A stretch of DNA of 64,000 nucleotides. Origin: a plasmid. The notes below the pieces were generated by a model, which was given only the letters and a program-made list of their open reading frames with translations, did not search any database and had not been told where the DNA came from. Both the position numbers and the translations under genes were made by a program. Below are positions 59,939 through 64,000 of this stretch, in pieces. The stretch is taken from sequence record NZ_CP154590.1; one strand, given 5' to 3'. Each line of letters begins with the position of its first letter. The stretch's first letter is position 1.

Positions 59939-60922
59939 ATGAAACTTCGTTATCTCATGACCACGCTACTGCTGTGTGGTCCGGCTCTCGCAGTCGCTGC
60001 TGACAATACTGGCTGGCAGAACGCCAGGACACCTGGCGCAACAAGTGCAGCTCCAGCCCAGCAAGGTGCTGAACCACATACAACGGACGTACCCGCAACC
60101 CGGATTAGTGGGGAGTTACCGGCACCAGGACAAAGCTCACCGCTGGTAGACGAAGCGGCAAGCATGGACTCGCCTCTGTCAGCGGATGAGATACGCGAAC
60201 TGCGTCTGCGACTGACAGACAACGAGCGGTCGGTAAATGCTCCAATGATAAGCGTGGTTCCGCGCATCAGTTCGTTAACCCTTAATCTTTCACCAGGAGC
60301 CAGTATCCCGTTGGTACGTACGGCCATGAACAACCAGAGCGTCGTTACCCTGACAGACATCAGTGGTGCGCCGTGGCCACAGTCGGATCCGCCAATTAAT
60401 GCCAGTCCGAAAAATTTTGATGTGAAGTTCAATGCTGGTAGCAACATGCTAACTATCACCCCACTGCGTCCGTGGGCGGCAGGAAACATATCCGTCTATC
60501 TTAAAGGACTCGATGTACCGGTCATGATTAACGTGACAAGTGGTGAGACAGACACCCGTACAGCCAGCCAGGAGATCGACAGCCGACTGGATTTACGCGT
60601 CCCACGCCTGGGTCCCGGCACCATGGCCCCAGGCGCGCCAGTCGATAAAATCGCACTCCATAGTGCCACTTTGCAGGCCTTTCTGGATGGCACTCCACCA
60701 GAAGATGCACACCGCCTCAAATTCCAGGGCAACGTTCCTGACACTGTTATATGGCAAAGCGGTGATGATCTGATGGTCCGTTCCCGGGCAATGCTTCGCG
60801 ATGAGTTTGAACAGACACTCTCTTCAGCGGACGGCACACATCTCTGGAAACTCCCCCTCACCCCGTTACTGACCTTCTCAGTGAACGGGAAATCCGTTCA
60901 CGTCACGCCGGAGCTTCAGTAA
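59939..60922 (+). CDS. traN: DotH/IcmK-like secreted core-complex protein (IncI TraN homologue).
   Basis: Signal peptide, 327 aa. Confidence 0.55.
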   Translation: MKLRYLMTTLLLCGPALAVAADNTGWQNARTPGATSAAPAQQGAEPHTTDVPATRISGELPAPGQSSPLVDEAASMDSPLSADEIRELRLRLTDNERSVNAPMISVVPRISSLTLNLSPGASIPLVRTAMNNQSVVTLTDISGAPWPQSDPPINASPKNFDVKFNAGSNMLTITPLRPWAAGNISVYLKGLDVPVMINVTSGETDTRTASQEIDSRLDLRVPRLGPGTMAPGAPVDKIALHSATLQAFLDGTPPEDAHRLKFQGNVPDTVIWQSGDDLMVRSRAMLRDEFEQTLSSADGTHLWKLPLTPLLTFSVNGKSVHVTPELQ

Positions 60923-62238
60923 TGAGCGCAGAACAGGATGCCGGAAATAACGGCAAAAAACTTATTTCAATAATCGGATTTGGAGCCCTGGTTTTACTGA
61001 CTGCCGGTTACTGGTTAGTGTCATGGCTGGCACATGACCCTTCAGGAAAGGATTCTGCCGTCAATCTTAACGGCACTGCCTCAAGTGCCGTAACCACCAC
61101 AACAGAAAGCCCGCGATACCGTGAGCTACTGAAAGCCTCAAACGACTTAGGTGCGCAAGAAGCCGCACGAACTGATTCATCTTTTATCGCCAGCCTCCCG
61201 GTAGGCCTTGAAGTCACGGAACCCCCGCCTGATAAGCCGCCGGTAACAAAGCCGGCATCACAAGACTCGCCATCTCCACAGTCGGGAAAATCGTCACGAC
61301 GCACGGAAAACACGGCCGGAGAAGAGCAGGCAAACGAGAAGCGCCAGGCTCAACTCCAGAAACTGCTCACGAGAATCAGTGCCGCGCAGGCGGGCGGTGA
61401 CGCACCGGTTCTGGCCACTGCACTGGCCAGCGTTACGCGGACTTCACCAGAGTCTGGTGCTGGCCGCCAGGCAGAATCCACAGCTAAAACAGAAAGCGCA
61501 CAGGTCTTCGTCCCTGCACTCACTCGTGCGTCCGGTTATATGGAGACTGCCGTGGATTCGGATAACCCCAACTCAGAGGTGGTTGCGGTCATACCTGCAG
61601 GGCCGCTGGCTGGCGCCAGACTCCATAGCCCTTCAGTAAAACTTGCCGGAAATGGACTCGATATCAAATTCACCAGTATGAGCTGGAAAGGAATGGAACT
61701 GAACGTAAAAGCAAGCGCACAGAGCGAGAAAAACCTGATGTCTTCAATAGCTTCCGATGTCAACCATCGATGGGGGACACACATCGTTCTACCAGCTGTA
61801 TTAGGTGGTCTTGGAGATCTGGGGGGGCTGTACAAGGATGCTAATACTCAAGTCATGCAGTCCAGCGTCGGAACAGTCACCGGACGCGTAGGGAAACCTG
61901 ACGGCAGCACAGTAGCTGGCGTAATGGTCGGTGGCACAGCACAGACAGGTGCGGAAGTCATCAAACAGGAGATGGCCCGCGAGCCGTTCCGCCAGGTAAC
62001 AGTTAAGCAGAAAGAGGTTATCTCCATTCTCTTCGTTGAATCAGTAACTTCAGACGACATTATCAGTAATAAGAAGGCCGCACTCTCCGCTGCCAGTACA
62101 TCAGCACCAACACCTGTTGCAGCAGAGCAGCAAACTGAATCCCGCCTGCAGGAAGCTATAGCGCGCCGCCAGGCTGAAATCCGTCGTCAATATGGCGACA
62201 CCGTACCCGTGAGGAACAATGATGAATCAGCAAATTGA
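60922..62238 (+). CDS. traO: DotG/IcmE-like core protein (IncI TraO homologue).
   Basis: N-terminal TM segment, disordered Pro-rich linker, conserved C-terminal domain. 438 aa. Confidence 0.55.
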   Translation: MSAEQDAGNNGKKLISIIGFGALVLLTAGYWLVSWLAHDPSGKDSAVNLNGTASSAVTTTTESPRYRELLKASNDLGAQEAARTDSSFIASLPVGLEVTEPPPDKPPVTKPASQDSPSPQSGKSSRRTENTAGEEQANEKRQAQLQKLLTRISAAQAGGDAPVLATALASVTRTSPESGAGRQAESTAKTESAQVFVPALTRASGYMETAVDSDNPNSEVVAVIPAGPLAGARLHSPSVKLAGNGLDIKFTSMSWKGMELNVKASAQSEKNLMSSIASDVNHRWGTHIVLPAVLGGLGDLGGLYKDANTQVMQSSVGTVTGRVGKPDGSTVAGVMVGGTAQTGAEVIKQEMAREPFRQVTVKQKEVISILFVESVTSDDIISNKKAALSAASTSAPTPVAAEQQTESRLQEAIARRQAEIRRQYGDTVPVRNNDESAN

Positions 62239-62992
62239 CATACCTGAAGAAGATACGCTGGAAAACGAGGATGATTTTGGCGCGCCAGACCCCCGTCAGA
62301 AACCACCTTTATGGAAACGGGAGCTGCTGTTTGGCTATTCTCTACCGTGGCTTCTCGGGATAACTCTTCTGGCAGTGGCCAGCCTCTGGTATCTGTTCGG
62401 TCCGTCACTGTCATTTACAAATAACACACCGTCTGAAAGCAGCTTCAGTGAGGTTGAAAGTACGCTCGACGGTGCACCGCAAAATGCAGTTGAGACTATC
62501 CAGCACACGAGGGCTTCGATCCCCGTAGCGCAGCCAGCGACACAAATTGCACCTCCGATGCTCCAGGGCGATACGGCGAGCATGATGACGGATATTCGTG
62601 ACGAGCTGAACGACCGTGATCGAAAGATAAATGACTCTATGACGTCACTGAAAGACAGCGTCACCCGTCTGTCTGATGCTATCAAGAGGGATGAGGCATA
62701 CGCGGTAGAAACGCGTGCCCAGCTTAATGACCTGATACAAAAGCTGGCAGTACTGGAAGCCCGGGCAAGCGTCACTGATACCTCAAAACCCGCTTCCAGG
62801 TCCCAAAAACGGCAGGTAGCCAGTGCTATTTCAGGCATGAAAATCATGTCACTGGAGTCGGGAATGGCCTGGATTAAATGGCAGGGCAGTACCTGGTCCG
62901 TCCGGGAGGGGGATACGCTGGGTAAAGTCACTATTCGTCAGATTGATCCCGCCACACGCTCTGTGGTGACAACAGGAGGAACCCTGCGCTAA
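62219..62992 (+). CDS. traP: DotF/IcmG-like protein (IncI TraP homologue).
   Basis: Single TM segment plus coiled coil. 257 aa. Confidence 0.5.
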   Translation: MMNQQIDIPEEDTLENEDDFGAPDPRQKPPLWKRELLFGYSLPWLLGITLLAVASLWYLFGPSLSFTNNTPSESSFSEVESTLDGAPQNAVETIQHTRASIPVAQPATQIAPPMLQGDTASMMTDIRDELNDRDRKINDSMTSLKDSVTRLSDAIKRDEAYAVETRAQLNDLIQKLAVLEARASVTDTSKPASRSQKRQVASAISGMKIMSLESGMAWIKWQGSTWSVREGDTLGKVTIRQIDPATRSVVTTGGTLR

Positions 62993-63516
62993 TGGCACTG
63001 GATGCCATTACGCTAATAGAGAACCTGGCTTCGGGCATCTTCACCGCTGGACTGGATTTACTGTTCAGTTGGTCTGAGATGATTGGTTTTTTTGGCCTCA
63101 TCGCCCTACTGGTCCGGCAACGTTCCAGTCGTGGTCCCTTATCCCCGGGCAGGTTCGCTATTGGCCTTTTTTCCTGCGCCGCACTGGTATCCCTTCCCTC
63201 CATAATTAATGCCAGTGGTGCTCAGCTTGGTTTTGGCGCTACATCCTTTGATGCAATCGCTTATGTGCAGCCCGCCACCTACGGCGTTGCTGCAGGGGCC
63301 GCTAACGCCGTGCTTTCCCTGGTTCGGCTCGCAGGTGTGGGATTTGTCTATGCAGCACTAGATATGTTTCGACGTTCAGAACTTGAAGGGCATACCGCGC
63401 TCAGTTCAAGCGAAAGCATTCGTGCCGCGACCGTAAAACTGATGGCCGGAACCGCGATGGTCTTTTCACCTCAGCTCATCGATGCCGCGCTCGCCACCTT
63501 CGGACTCGCTTTTTAA
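62992..63516 (+). CDS. traQ: IcmC/DotE-like polytopic membrane protein (IncI TraQ homologue).
   Basis: 174 aa, multiple TM segments. Confidence 0.45.
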   Translation: MALDAITLIENLASGIFTAGLDLLFSWSEMIGFFGLIALLVRQRSSRGPLSPGRFAIGLFSCAALVSLPSIINASGAQLGFGATSFDAIAYVQPATYGVAAGAANAVLSLVRLAGVGFVYAALDMFRRSELEGHTALSSSESIRAATVKLMAGTAMVFSPQLIDAALATFGLAF

Positions 63517-63550
63517 CACCATTCGTTTTTTTATAACCCAAGGAGACACC

Positions 63551-63955
63551 ATGTCACTTTTCCGTGCTATTTCCGCGCGTATTTATGCCGTTGTTATTTT
63601 CTGTCAGCTGACCATGATGAAGTGCCGTGAGCGAATGATTCAGGGGTTGTGTGCCCTGGCCACGTTCCTGTTACCCGGCATGGCCTTCGCCGAAGGCGAT
63701 CTTGCTGACATGCTTAGCAGCGCCGCTGCCGGTGCTAAAAGTGGTAAAACTTCTGGCCTGGAAATTGCCCAGGCGATCGGAGTATTCATCTTCATCGGTT
63801 CCCTGCTGGCTTTCAAAAAAGTTGGTACCAACCCGCAGATCACCGTGGGCCGCTGCTGTGCAGGTCTGGCTATTGGCGGTCTGCTGGCCGTTGTCCCTGA
63901 AGTTATGAGTCGTACCCAGAAACAGCTTGGTACCAGCTCCGTCAATATCAGCTAA
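63551..63955 (+). CDS. traR: IcmD/DotP-like small membrane protein (IncI TraR homologue).
   Basis: RBS AAGGAGA precedes ATG at 63551. Signal/TM segments. Confidence 0.45.
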   Translation: MSLFRAISARIYAVVIFCQLTMMKCRERMIQGLCALATFLLPGMAFAEGDLADMLSSAAAGAKSGKTSGLEIAQAIGVFIFIGSLLAFKKVGTNPQITVGRCCAGLAIGGLLAVVPEVMSRTQKQLGTSSVNIS

Positions 63956-64000
63956 GCACAGGAAAGGGTCGGTGTTTACCGACCCTTTCAGGAGAAAACG

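Noticed and set aside
63962-63992. Hairpin AAAGGGTCGG-TGTTTA-CCGACCCTTT after traR.
   Set aside because: No U-tract follows on either strand, so it is not confidently a terminator. It may be an intergenic structural element.

Overview
This is a plasmid window with two parts. Positions 1-28783 are a mosaic multidrug-resistance island. Positions 28784-64000 are the plasmid backbone: a replicon, a type IVB thin-pilus operon with a shufflon, and an I-type (Dot/Icm-like) conjugative transfer region.

The island, left to right:
- The 3' part of blaCTX-M-14 (Val231, CTX-M-9 group), followed by IS903 and a truncated iroN. This is the classic ISEcp1 unit inserted into a Tn1721-like transposon (PAS/mcp remnant, res, tnpR, tnpA 5' end).
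- IS26.
- A class 1 integron whose intI1 is truncated at its 3' end by IS26, with a PcH1 promoter and cassettes aac(6')-Ib-cr, blaOXA-1, catB3, arr-3, then qacEdelta1-sul1.
- ISCR1 (orf513) with an unusual captured segment: an IS630-like transposase fragment, a DUF1471 gene, only the first ~180 bp of blaDHA-1, intact ampR, truncated hybF, then a second partial qacEdelta1-sul1 and truncated orf5.
- A split Tn21-type inverted repeat interrupted by an IS5075-like element, then chrA, padR, IS6100, mphR(A) and an mrx gene whose 5' end was removed by IS26 (mph(A) is absent).
- IS26, a fosA3 module (322 bp upstream spacer, 1758 bp downstream spacer), IS26, the C-terminal half of the Tn1721-like tnpA, and the terminal 38-bp inverted repeat.

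The backbone:
- An IncFII-like RepA with a GTG start coupled to a 33-aa leader peptide, a CopA/Inc-like antisense RNA whose loop carries CGCCAA, and a DnaA box in the origin. A Phd/YefM-like 66-aa gene sits where copB normally is.
- A PAS-LuxR regulator, a small LuxR-type regulator and a NusG/RfaH paralogue.
- pilK-like and pilL to pilV genes, a shufflon with six 19-bp sfx repeats, and rci.
- Three hypothetical genes, including an RHH protein and a FadL-like outer membrane protein, followed by traH, traI, traJ, traK, a 1497-aa Sog-like primase, and traL to traR.

The two most unusual observations:
1. A roughly 0.9 kb AT-rich insert lies in frame inside the Sog primase, a protein known to be transferred into recipient cells. 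Its motifs are compatible with an H-Y-Y-E/D ADP-ribosyltransferase-like fold.
2. A Maa/LacA-type hexapeptide-repeat acetyltransferase gene, carrying homopolymeric tracts, is embedded inside an invertible shufflon segment between two convergent alternative PilV C-termini.

All product calls rest on reading the supplied translations and remembered family signatures. No database search was run.
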